Positions 48,794-58,171 of a stretch of DNA of 64,000 nucleotides are shown piece after piece. A model generated the notes under the pieces. The model was given only the letters and a program-made list of their open reading frames with translations, searched no databases and was not told where the DNA came from. Position 1 is the stretch's first letter; each line of letters begins with the position of its first letter. The DNA is from a virus, in IMG/VR virus record IMGVR_UViG_3300031857_000028, positions 1-64,000 of that record; one strand, 5' to 3'. The translations under genes and the position numbers were made by a program.

Positions 48794-49604
48794 ATGAATT
48801 TATTAAAATTTTATGCCAGTGTGGAACTCTATTAAATTGATGTACAATATCATATATTTTTTCGTCCGACGTACATATTCTATCATTGAGTAATTGCGGG
48901 ATTCCATATCTTGTTTCGATTATACCTTTAAATCCCCATGCATCAAAAAAATTAGTCGGGCCTGCTGCGGCACAGTGCATTGCCCAGCCATCAGTTAAAT
49001 TAAAAATTTTAACATTTGGAATTTTTCCATTTGCTAACAATATAATTAGTGCAGCTTGGTCACGGATGTTGTGATTATTAACACCAACTTCACACAACTC
49101 ATGCATTTGTTGTAACATGTGTATTAGTTGTTCACGTTTTCCCGCCATCACGCCCGAACATATTACCTCAAACGACCGACATTTTTCCATTTCTTCTGGA
49201 TAGCATTTATTCAATACATCGGAGTTCCAAGGTTCCTCGTTGACCAGCACTCCTTCTCCGCTAACAAATATATCATATGTATGTAAATCCATTTTCAAAA
49301 ACGGATCTGCCTGAAACACTACATCGAACACATCTGTAACCATGAACAAATCTATATTACTTTGTTTTAAATAGTCAACCGTGTGCTCCAATCGTTTATT
49401 ATTAATGTACCACGTATCTTCTATTTGAACTGGATGGCACGCTATATTCAATTCCTCACACACCTTGATATCATCTTCATTAGTATTTACTGCTAGTAAT
49501 ATAACATCGCCATCGGAAAATTTTCTAAAACTTTCTGCCCAAATTTTAATTTTTGCTTTGTTCTGTACTATATTGTTTGATGTTCCTATTAATGCTTTTT
49601 TCAT
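48786..49604 (-). CDS. Putative GT-A glycosyltransferase
   Basis: TDVFDVVFQADPF, ICSGVMAG, DQAAL, VHQFNR. Confidence 0.65.
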   Translation of the reverse strand: MKKALIGTSNNIVQNKAKIKIWAESFRKFSDGDVILLAVNTNEDDIKVCEELNIACHPVQIEDTWYINNKRLEHTVDYLKQSNIDLFMVTDVFDVVFQADPFLKMDLHTYDIFVSGEGVLVNEEPWNSDVLNKCYPEEMEKCRSFEVICSGVMAGKREQLIHMLQQMHELCEVGVNNHNIRDQAALIILLANGKIPNVKIFNLTDGWAMHCAAAGPTNFFDAWGFKGIIETRYGIPQLLNDRICTSDEKIYDIVHQFNRVPHWHKILINSYE

Positions 49605-49605
49605 A

Positions 49606-50175
49606 TCAACAAGTTCCCGTACCCACAACTAACGTTTCATTAAATCCAAGTATCGTGGGCCACAGATATTCAATCAAGTAGTTAATTTGACTCTTCACTT
49701 CCAATGGAATTGATTTTTTTATTTTTTCATACGACTCTTTACTTCGTTGTAAAATTAATTTTTTAGAAACAATGCATTGTGCCCCACTTATAAATTTTAT
49801 GGGTAGATTATATTCAATGTGTACGTTCTCTGCATACTGCACAGTTTCTTTAACGATAGAATCAACATCTCTGATATACGAGATTCCCAATGGATAAAAT
49901 GACTGAGTTGTGTCAAAATTATTAACATTGTTTATAAAATTTGGACAATGCGTAAACGGGTCGTCTTGACTGAAACATACGAAATCCGGTAAATTATCGT
50001 AATTGTCTATGATGTATGTTAAATATGCGATTGCATCATATCCAACATTAGGTAAATTTTTTTCATATAAATTATTTTTGTCCGGATTTTTGTTATATAC
50101 CACAACGGGATACTTTATTTGTTTAATCCAATCCAAATTTTCTTGAAAATGACAAACAACAACGGTTAGGTTCAT
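49606..50175 (-). CDS. DUF3431-family protein
   Basis: ENLDW, LPNVG, YLTYIIDNYDNLPD, QDDPFTH. Confidence 0.75.
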   Translation of the reverse strand: MNLTVVVCHFQENLDWIKQIKYPVVVYNKNPDKNNLYEKNLPNVGYDAIAYLTYIIDNYDNLPDFVCFSQDDPFTHCPNFINNVNNFDTTQSFYPLGISYIRDVDSIVKETVQYAENVHIEYNLPIKFISGAQCIVSKKLILQRSKESYEKIKKSIPLEVKSQINYLIEYLWPTILGFNETLVVGTGTC

Positions 50176-51437
50176 ATAACCACACTCCTTCTATCCAACC
50201 ACCCCTTTGTTTCTGAGTGGGGCCAGAAAATATATTTATACGGTTTTTTAACCGTATTAAATTCTCTCCAAATTTTTATATAAGGGTCATTAGTAGATTT
50301 TAACTGTTGTATCTCGTCTTTTAGTACGTCTTTTCTATACAATTCTGTACCAGTTTCATCTTCAAATGCAACAACCCATACATTATAATCATTTTCGGGA
50401 ACTTGGTCAAGTGGTATATCTAGACAATATTTAAATATTGATACCCAATTTTTTTCATATTGTTCTTCCGACAAATAGATAGGATTTGGTGGAAGATTAT
50501 TTTCAATTGTGTATTGCTGAACTGCTCTCTTCTTAAAGTTTATTCCCGCATATCGTTCATACTGCTGTAATGTTCTTTTTGTTCCGAACCCGTATATCCC
50601 AAAATCAATATCTTGAGCTTCACCATCCATACCAAATAATTTTCTATTTCTTAGATGTGATTTTGAATTTTTTTCCCACCACGTTTTGTCGTCATCCCAC
50701 TGCTTAGTTCTATTCTTTCTAGTGTATTCATGCCAAGCTACAATTTTATGCGGATGAAATATATCATATCCCCACGTATATGCTCGTACCGCAATTGAAA
50801 TTTCTTCGCCGTGAAAATAGTAATTAGGGTCGTGAGGAACTTCTTTACAAAATTGCCCCAACGTGAAGGCAAAATGTGCCGAATAAAATCTCCCAGGTAT
50901 AGGAGATTGTAAATTTTTATAATTGTCAATTCCGGCGGGTATAAAAAATATTGCACCTTCTGGAATGAATCTATCAAAATTCATTTTCCAGGGAATCTGT
51001 ACCCGACCGTCTGGGTCGTTTTCTGGGTCGTATGATGGGATGTAACTTGTCAGTAACGGTTTTTTATATCCATCGTTTTGCAATTGCTCAATCATGTTAA
51101 TACATTCTACGTCCCAATTTTGTACAAATCTATGATGAGAATCTAATTGAAGGGTATATTTTTCATCATTATATAGTTGCTGTATTTTATTTCGTGCCCA
51201 GCACGCACCATTCGATTCTTTATAGGGAATATCTATTATACTAAATCTAGAATCTTCTTTAAATTCATCTAAATTATCCCACACATCTTCTTCAGAATGT
51301 TGCCACGCAATTCCAAATCGTAAATGTTCTGGATGTTTTGCCTTAACTATACAATCTCGTATAGTTGGAACTAACTCAGGGTCACGGTACGATGCAATTT
51401 GTACAAATATAGTATTTTTCATAAACCTTTCCTTCAT
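50172..51437 (-). CDS. GT60-family polypeptide alpha-GlcNAc transferase-like
   Basis: IFVQIASYRDPE, GACWAR, LQLDSHHRF..NWD, FHGEEI, AYTWGYD. Confidence 0.82.
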   Translation of the reverse strand: MKERFMKNTIFVQIASYRDPELVPTIRDCIVKAKHPEHLRFGIAWQHSEEDVWDNLDEFKEDSRFSIIDIPYKESNGACWARNKIQQLYNDEKYTLQLDSHHRFVQNWDVECINMIEQLQNDGYKKPLLTSYIPSYDPENDPDGRVQIPWKMNFDRFIPEGAIFFIPAGIDNYKNLQSPIPGRFYSAHFAFTLGQFCKEVPHDPNYYFHGEEISIAVRAYTWGYDIFHPHKIVAWHEYTRKNRTKQWDDDKTWWEKNSKSHLRNRKLFGMDGEAQDIDFGIYGFGTKRTLQQYERYAGINFKKRAVQQYTIENNLPPNPIYLSEEQYEKNWVSIFKYCLDIPLDQVPENDYNVWVVAFEDETGTELYRKDVLKDEIQQLKSTNDPYIKIWREFNTVKKPYKYIFWPHSETKGWLDRRSVVI

Positions 51438-51456
51438 ATGTTTTATTTATTAATTA

Positions 51457-52881
51457 TTATAATACACAGACATTCTCTAAACAAGTTAAGCCATTACAAC
51501 ATGATAATGATAAACAACTTTGGCCCTGATCTGCACATGGTTCTGGTGTAGCCGTTGGGTCAGGTACTGGTGTCGCTGTTGGTTCTGGTACTGGTGTCGC
51601 TGTTGGGTCTGGTACTGGTGTCGCTGTTGGTTCTGGTCCCGGTGTAGCCGTTGGGTCCGGTACTGGTGTCGCTGTTGGGTCTGGTACTGGTGTCGCTGTT
51701 GGTGCCGGTGGCCCACCACCCTGACACGTACTGAGGTTACCATCCACTTCAACGCAATCCAATCCATCACAGCAAGTTCCTACTGGAGAGCCACTGACTA
51801 TACATGCATTACCTGACGTAATACACGTTGGTGTAGCGGTCGGTGCTGCTGGTGTAGCAGTTGGTGCTGGTGTAGCAGTTGGTGCCGGTGGTCCACCACC
51901 CTGACACGTACTGAGGTTACCATCTACCTCGGTACACGTTAATCCATCACAGCAAGTTCCTACTGGAGAACCGCTGACTATACATGCGTTACCTGACGTA
52001 ATACACGTTGGTGTAGCAGTTGGTTGTACTGGTGTTGGTGTTGGTGACGGCGGTGCAGCAGTTTGACACGTACTGAGGTTACCATCTACCTCGGTACACG
52101 TTAATCCATCACAGCAAGTTCCTACTGGAGAACCGCTAATTACACACGCATTACCTTCCGTAATACACGACGGCGTAGCCGTTGGTGTTGGTGTAGCCGT
52201 AGGTGGTAATGGTGTCGGTGTAGCAGTTGGTTCTACTGGTTCTGGTGTAGCCGTTGGTGTTGGTGTAGCCGTTGGTGTTGGTGTAGCAGTTGGTGTCGGT
52301 GTAGCAGTTGGTTCTACTGGTCCTGGTGTAGCAGTTGGTGTAGCGGTTGGTTGTACTGGTGTTGGCGTAGCCGTTGGTGGTACTGGTGTAGCCGTAGGTA
52401 CTGGGGTGGCGGTTGGTTGTACTGGTGTTGGCGTAGCCGTTGGTGGTACTGGTGTTGGCGTAGGTGCTGGTGTGGCAGTTGGTGGTACTGGTGTAGCCGT
52501 AGGTACTGGCGTGGCTGTTGGTGGCACTGGTGTAGCAGTTGGTGTCGGTGTAGCAGTCGGTGTAGCGGTTGGTGTTGCTGTAGGTGTTGCTGTAGGTGTT
52601 GGGGTTGGGGTTGGTGTGGCACTTGTTGTTGGTGTAGGTGTTGGTATTGGGGAGTGACACAGAAAATAATTGCGGGGACGATAGGCAATTAAACTGTAAT
52701 TCACTTCCGTGTATCCAGCAGGACATCCTGCTGCAGCCGACCCAGACGGACCTCTATTTCCGAAACTACCCGTAAGTGCATATAAAATACTATATCCAGG
52801 ACTGTTAACGGTAGTAACAATACTGGCAGAAATTGCATATGAACTGGATGCTGGGATAGCAAACGGAAAAAATACGGACAT
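51457..52881 (-). CDS. Pro/Thr-rich mucin-like protein with cystine-knot-like repeats
   Basis: Long PTATP tracts; three CIT.GNAC...GTCCDGL.C...C units and a terminal [24 protein letters not shown]. Confidence 0.75.
   Translation of the reverse strand: MSVFFPFAIPASSSYAISASIVTTVNSPGYSILYALTGSFGNRGPSGSAAAGCPAGYTEVNYSLIAYRPRNYFLCHSPIPTPTPTTSATPTPTPTPTATPTATPTATPTATPTPTATPVPPTATPVPTATPVPPTATPAPTPTPVPPTATPTPVQPTATPVPTATPVPPTATPTPVQPTATPTATPGPVEPTATPTPTATPTPTATPTPTATPEPVEPTATPTPLPPTATPTPTATPSCITEGNACVISGSPVGTCCDGLTCTEVDGNLSTCQTAAPPSPTPTPVQPTATPTCITSGNACIVSGSPVGTCCDGLTCTEVDGNLSTCQGGGPPAPTATPAPTATPAAPTATPTCITSGNACIVSGSPVGTCCDGLDCVEVDGNLSTCQGGGPPAPTATPVPDPTATPVPDPTATPGPEPTATPVPDPTATPVPEPTATPVPDPTATPEPCADQGQSCLSLSCCNGLTCLENVCVL
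51721..52172. repeat. Three near-identical Cys-rich DNA repeats
   Basis: Units at about 51721-51830, 51901-52010 and 52064-52172. Confidence 0.8.
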
Positions 52882-52918
52882 TACATTCTCATTCTAAATT
52901 GGATATACACGCAACACC

Positions 52919-53773
52919 TTAAGTTTCTAACGAAAATACGTGAACCGATGCGGTTACACTTTGAGAAGAACCTACTGATGCAAGATTCTCTATCATATAG
53001 TAAATTTCATGTTTTCCCGCAAGTGTGGAAAAACTATTCTTAATAATATTCAAGTCCGTTCCCATATTTTGTATATTTGCTCCAATAATTTTTGGTACAA
53101 AATAGGTAGTCTCACTTCCCGTTAAAATTGCATCTAACAGTAACGTGTTTGTTTGTGTTTCCGATGCATACGGTCTATTTTTTTCGGTAGTATTATTTAA
53201 GATTGGTTGTGTATTATAAAATCGTACTCGTATGGGTGCCGAAGTGTTACTAACTGATGCACTTACAAATAAGTAGGTTCGTGGAATATCAGCATTCGTA
53301 ACTGAACCACTTGCTAATTGTCCTGGTGACAGTGATACTTGTATTGATGGTAATTCTACACGACTATCTGTACTAATTACTGAATCTTCTAATAAGTATC
53401 TACCAAATGTCAATCTAGGTACTGATGGTGCGTTATCTATTTTATAATAGGTTAATTTTGTTGATGGTGTACCAACCACACCATATAGTGCGGGGTCAAT
53501 CGTATATGTGCCCGCAGCCATCGTAAAATCACCTATTAATGAAATCGATGCAGGAATATTTGTATCACCAAATGCACGTGACTGCTCTGTCAAATTATTT
53601 AGACTATCTAAATTGTCATACAAACGCAGTCTACATGACGTATTTGACTGAATTGCATATAACACGTATGCAGAACCTAAATCAACAGATCCTGATCCTG
53701 CTACGTCTGTTAATATTTCGATATTATCCCGTGTTAAACTTGCACCGGCTTGTAAATATTCTTTTAATCCCAT
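52919..53773 (-). CDS. Putative structural protein with internal duplication
   Basis: RLRLYDN..LNNLTE.SR and RVRFYNT..LNNTTE.NR halves. Confidence 0.6.
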   Translation of the reverse strand: MGLKEYLQAGASLTRDNIEILTDVAGSGSVDLGSAYVLYAIQSNTSCRLRLYDNLDSLNNLTEQSRAFGDTNIPASISLIGDFTMAAGTYTIDPALYGVVGTPSTKLTYYKIDNAPSVPRLTFGRYLLEDSVISTDSRVELPSIQVSLSPGQLASGSVTNADIPRTYLFVSASVSNTSAPIRVRFYNTQPILNNTTEKNRPYASETQTNTLLLDAILTGSETTYFVPKIIGANIQNMGTDLNIIKNSFSTLAGKHEIYYMIENLASVGSSQSVTASVHVFSLET

Positions 53774-53852
53774 GGAGTTTTATATTTAATGTCTGTATAT
53801 AAATATGTACTCATGTCCATATCCTACAGAATTTACTCATAAATATGTTAAT

Positions 53853-54053
53853 TTAAAATGGCGTAGTTATCCACGCAGTTCCATTCCAATACTTCACAGG
53901 TTTAATTTGCCACGTAGAACCGTCCCATACTTTCATGGGCTTTGCTATCCATTGTGCACCATCCCACACTTTAATTTGTCCCGTGGTTCCAACGACTGCA
54001 CTTTGTAAATCTGCGGCCGCAGGAAGCAGTGGTTGATAAATCCATGTAGACAT
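53853..54053 (-). CDS. Small W(D/N)GxxW-repeat protein
   Basis: KVWDGAQW, KVWDGSTW, KYWNGTAW. Confidence 0.65.
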   Translation of the reverse strand: MSTWIYQPLLPAAADLQSAVVGTTGQIKVWDGAQWIAKPMKVWDGSTWQIKPVKYWNGTAWITTPF

Positions 54054-54054
54054 A

Positions 54055-54408
54055 CTATGCTACTCTTCGGATTGACCAGAGAACTGTGATAGTTCCTCCT
54101 GCAATCGTGGTTAATGTGACATCCCACCCATGTAATAGTATCAACGAAGGGCTAACCCATGTATCGGTCATGGTTCCCGTAATAAACGATTCGTAAATAA
54201 TACGCTGTGCGTCACCAGCGCCTGTGCATTTTTCATATACACGAATACGTAATTCGTCTCCCGCAACCATATCTGATGTATCTAAAAAGACTTGATACAC
54301 TCCGTCATCTACTTCTGCGTTAATGGCAGAATAGGTTGCGTTATTTGGCGCAGAAAATTCGGTTGCACCAATTGCTGCCGTTCCACTAAATGCTTGCGTT
54401 ATTGCCAT
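54055..54408 (-). CDS. Hypothetical structural-region protein
   Basis: GGAGG RBS; tight packing. Confidence 0.65.
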   Translation of the reverse strand: MAITQAFSGTAAIGATEFSAPNNATYSAINAEVDDGVYQVFLDTSDMVAGDELRIRVYEKCTGAGDAQRIIYESFITGTMTDTWVSPSLILLHGWDVTLTTIAGGTITVLWSIRRVA

Positions 54409-54411
54409 ATC

Positions 54412-55272
54412 TTACCCTCCAGCCGCAACTACGACGGCATTATAGTTACCTGTTTCGTTGGCACCACTGTTTTGTCCACGTATATAAATATTACTTCCTG
54501 CGGGAACTGGGAATTCACATGCACCTAGTAACGGGATATTATTGAAAGATTCTGCGGTTGCCCCTTGACGTATTGGTACGTCTTTTAAAATAACTCTGGT
54601 TCCCGCCACTGTTCCATCCCCGACGCCTACGTCAACGAGAATCGTAGTGGTTGCAGCATATGAAGTATCACTTGCCGTTCCTTGAACGCCTACTTGCCAC
54701 CACCATAAGTCTCGTATAGTAGACCCTAATAACGTCCATGTTCCATTTGCCGCTGTAACCGATGGGACAAAGTTTGTTCCTTCAAATGTACTTTCACCAA
54801 TAGATTCTGCATACGTAGCAATACGTTGAGCGGATGGGTTCAGTGGTTTATGATAGAATTGAGCAAACACACGAATTGCGGTATTCACCGACCCAAACGC
54901 TTGTGCTCCTACCGCTGACCCCGAGGGGATAAAAATGGGAAAGAAATAGTATTGTGCATTTCCTTCAGTTATGAACGTGGGAGCGCCACCGGCTACTAGA
55001 TTCGGTATTACTGTAGTGAATGTGGTACCACCCGCTAAATCGACGCCAATATTTACCACTGTACGTCTAGATGCGTTGTTCGCACTGTTAGAATTGACAC
55101 CGATTAATATTCCATATGAATCATCTGTCAAGTCTAATCCAACTTGTGCATAGGCACCAAACCCAACCGTACCTGGCGTAACTGATGTTCCTTGTGCGGC
55201 AACGGGTCGAGTTCCCGCCGTTGATGCTGATACGAATCCAAAGACGTTTCCACCACCTGGCACATATAACAT
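54412..55272 (-). CDS. Putative structural protein with two similar halves
   Basis: VNIGVD...FPIFIPSGS and VDVGVG...FPVPAGS. Confidence 0.6.
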   Translation of the reverse strand: MLYVPGGGNVFGFVSASTAGTRPVAAQGTSVTPGTVGFGAYAQVGLDLTDDSYGILIGVNSNSANNASRRTVVNIGVDLAGGTTFTTVIPNLVAGGAPTFITEGNAQYYFFPIFIPSGSAVGAQAFGSVNTAIRVFAQFYHKPLNPSAQRIATYAESIGESTFEGTNFVPSVTAANGTWTLLGSTIRDLWWWQVGVQGTASDTSYAATTTILVDVGVGDGTVAGTRVILKDVPIRQGATAESFNNIPLLGACEFPVPAGSNIYIRGQNSGANETGNYNAVVVAAGG

Positions 55273-55541
55273 TACACACTCTCCTTGTTTCGTATATAGG
55301 TAATAAAATCTGCTATTTTATCTACGGTTATAAATCCCAGTACGTCATCACTACTATTCTCAAATATATAGGGAGAATTTGTATTGTCCCACGCACGAAT
55401 TTCTGCGTTGGTGGAATCGTTATATTCTGTTTCAAATTGGTTATCACTCAACGTATTTGGTCCAAATTGTATAGACACTTTCCATCCATTAGAGAATGTC
55501 ATGTCAAAACCACTATAATCTGTTTGATTAATATGTAACAT
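55272..55541 (-). CDS. Hypothetical protein
   Basis: GFDMTFSNGWKVSIQFG...AEI. Confidence 0.6.
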   Translation of the reverse strand: MLHINQTDYSGFDMTFSNGWKVSIQFGPNTLSDNQFETEYNDSTNAEIRAWDNTNSPYIFENSSDDVLGFITVDKIADFITYIRNKESV

Positions 55542-55552
55542 ATAGTATCCTA

Positions 55553-56902
55553 TTAATTAGTATCTACCCACAAATCGTTGATTGCGGGACTTGATGGGGC
55601 CGTGGTACCTACGGTGATGCGTAGTGCTACGGGATTGAATTGTGCAAGTGATCCAGTAAACGACCCCGTGAATGATCCAGTAATCCCAGCGGAAGCACTA
55701 ATACTTCCGTTCACCGATAGTGTGTTACGTAAATTGGTCGTAGTATTAATGCCAACGTTTCCACTGGAGCTAATGAATACTCGTGTTGTTGCCGTGCTGT
55801 CTCGACCACCAGCAAACAATCGAATATTACCAGTTGAAACAGGTGAGGCATTCCCGATATCTAATTCACCCACACTAGAGGTAAAATATACATACCCGTC
55901 CGATGGACCACCAACCAATCCTCCATTATACGTGGTGCTATTAATACCTAAATCAATATAATTACCAGAATCCGTGGTATTATTTGATGATACTACAATG
56001 TCCGAACTTGCATTATTTCCCGCCGAAAAATTGACTACTTCTAATTCAAAAAAGCTATCTGTGCTACCACTGATAATTACTGGACTGTTATTATTTGAAC
56101 TTGACATTAACAATGATCCGCTAATTTCTTGATTCCCGATAATATGGGATGACCCTGTAATCTTCAATGATCCAGAAATGTTTACTTCTCGTCTATTGTT
56201 TACCTTAAACACATCAATACTAGCAGATGTTAATGTAAACAAATCACTAGATGAATCATCCGTAACTTCAAACAATTGCCCATCATTACCAATTATTGTA
56301 AATAATGCAGAACCACTTCCACGTAACACCGTGGAACCAGTTACTCTCAATGCGGGAATTATTCCACTTCCAGAAAGAATTAATGAACCTGAAATTACGG
56401 CGGGAGTTGTTCTTCCATCATACGGGAACGTACTGCCACCCGGACCACCACCGGTACCAACTGATGCAGTCGTAAAGATTTGGTTTGTTGCCGTATTCAA
56501 GACCAATACTTTGTTTGTTGCGGTCGTATCAGCCAAATTATTTAATTGAACATTTGACGAAGTGATATTTCCAATAAATGACCCTGTAAAACTTCCGGTA
56601 TTAATTTGTGCGGAAGAAGATACCACTCCCGATGGAAGTATGTACGTTGATGCAAACGAGGCAGTGGTTGCGAAGGACGCCGTTGTCGCAAACGAAGCGG
56701 TAGTTGGTGTAAATGTAATAGAGGTTGCCGCTGACGCAGTTATTGCATTATTTGCCCAACTACTCGTTCCGAACAACGACCCAGTAAGGCCCCCGTTAGC
56801 AAATTGCGAGGCACCTGAAATAATCAAGGAACCCGAAAGTATCGTGCTCCCAGTGACTTCTAATTGGTTGAAACTACCTGTGTCCGTAAAAAATATTGGC
56901 AT
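55553..56902 (-). CDS. Tail-fibre-like protein
   Basis: SGSL/TGSF/TASFA repeats, GNVGINTT, terminal TAPSSPAINDLWVDTN. Confidence 0.65.
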   Translation of the reverse strand: MPIFFTDTGSFNQLEVTGSTILSGSLIISGASQFANGGLTGSLFGTSSWANNAITASAATSITFTPTTASFATTASFATTASFASTYILPSGVVSSSAQINTGSFTGSFIGNITSSNVQLNNLADTTATNKVLVLNTATNQIFTTASVGTGGGPGGSTFPYDGRTTPAVISGSLILSGSGIIPALRVTGSTVLRGSGSALFTIIGNDGQLFEVTDDSSSDLFTLTSASIDVFKVNNRREVNISGSLKITGSSHIIGNQEISGSLLMSSSNNNSPVIISGSTDSFFELEVVNFSAGNNASSDIVVSSNNTTDSGNYIDLGINSTTYNGGLVGGPSDGYVYFTSSVGELDIGNASPVSTGNIRLFAGGRDSTATTRVFISSSGNVGINTTTNLRNTLSVNGSISASAGITGSFTGSFTGSLAQFNPVALRITVGTTAPSSPAINDLWVDTN

Positions 56903-56944
56903 ATCTATATGTTGTATTAAATGTCTATACGATAAATAGTAGTA

Positions 56945-58168
56945 TTATCTGTAACTAATACGAATTAATCCTTGTGCTCCTGCTCCACCTGAACGGTTTG
57001 CTCCGGATACTTTTGCAGCGCCGCCGCCAGCACCACCATAATTTTCTCCTGGATTTCCGTTGACTCCTTGTGTGGATGCAAGTGCAAAGGTACCTCCAGC
57101 CCCACCGAAATCAAACGAGGTACCGGAAATACCATACGAACCAGCTCCAAGTCCACCACGACCCCCTCCTTGTCCCGAAGGAATACCCGTACTACCGGCT
57201 TCTCCGTTTTGATCAAATCCTGAAAACACCACATCACCAATTCCTCCATTTATAGAACCTGTGGGTACGTTTTCAGTTATATCAGAACTGTTGGCTGGAC
57301 CTCCAGTTCCTCCTTTTGCCACCACAACATTCGTATCCCACGTTGTATCATTACCAGTTGCCCCATTTCCAGTAGTTCCTGCAACCGATGCTGCCACAGA
57401 ATATGAAATAGATTGCTGTGCAGACCCGTATGTTATCGTTTTTCTAGCGTATTGACCTCCCGCACCCCCGTGCCCCGCCTGATTATTAAGCGTTGCACCG
57501 CCACCAGCACCGCCACCACCCCAACATTCCACGATAACTTCCGTAACTCCCAACGGTTTGGTCCAACTTCCAGCACCTGGTGTGGTGAACGTTTGTACTG
57601 TATATGCACGAGTTTCTATTGGTGTCCCGATTATACCTACCACTTGAGCCGAATATAATTGATTTATAGGCGTTAAAGTTGCTGGATCTGAAAAATTTTC
57701 TGGACCCAAGATAAGCCAATATGCATAAAATCCATTAATAATAGTTGGTTGCCACGTTGATGGTGAACTGATAAATATATCTACCTTACCCGAAGGTGGA
57801 TATGCATCTGCTGATAACTTGGCTGGTGTAGAACGTATATCCCAATTAACTCCGTTGTAAAAATACGTTGTTAATTGACGAGGTGAAAAAAAATCATCTG
57901 AAAGGTTATTCGTGAATGTAAATTGTATTGTTTGTACCCTTGCATTAAAACCTAATATATTATATTGTCCATTCAAATAAGTATTATCAAATGAAATTCC
58001 ATCTGATGGAAACGTCCCTGTGTTTGGTGGAGACAAGTTTACAGTATTATATGTTTGTAGCGTAGAATACGCATAGGTAAAATTTGTTGGAGCTATCGGT
58101 ATATTTGAAAAATCACATATAACAGATTTATTAGAAATTTTAACTCCTTTAGATAATCGTATACCCAT
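56945..58168 (-). CDS. Glycine-rich domain tail-fibre-like protein
   Basis: WTKPLGVTEVIVECWGGGGAGG...GGAGAQGLIRISY. Confidence 0.7.
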   Translation of the reverse strand: MGIRLSKGVKISNKSVICDFSNIPIAPTNFTYAYSTLQTYNTVNLSPPNTGTFPSDGISFDNTYLNGQYNILGFNARVQTIQFTFTNNLSDDFFSPRQLTTYFYNGVNWDIRSTPAKLSADAYPPSGKVDIFISSPSTWQPTIINGFYAYWLILGPENFSDPATLTPINQLYSAQVVGIIGTPIETRAYTVQTFTTPGAGSWTKPLGVTEVIVECWGGGGAGGGATLNNQAGHGGAGGQYARKTITYGSAQQSISYSVAASVAGTTGNGATGNDTTWDTNVVVAKGGTGGPANSSDITENVPTGSINGGIGDVVFSGFDQNGEAGSTGIPSGQGGGRGGLGAGSYGISGTSFDFGGAGGTFALASTQGVNGNPGENYGGAGGGAAKVSGANRSGGAGAQGLIRISYR

Positions 58169-58171
58169 ATG

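Noticed and set aside
51530-52650. Short DNA repeats resembling a CRISPR array
   Set aside because: They are in-frame coding repeats with no constant repeat/unique spacer pattern and no cas1/cas2
51486-52897. Several alternative-frame and antisense ORFs over the PT-rich gene
   Set aside because: Shadows of a low-complexity repeat; only the 474-aa frame has coherent domains
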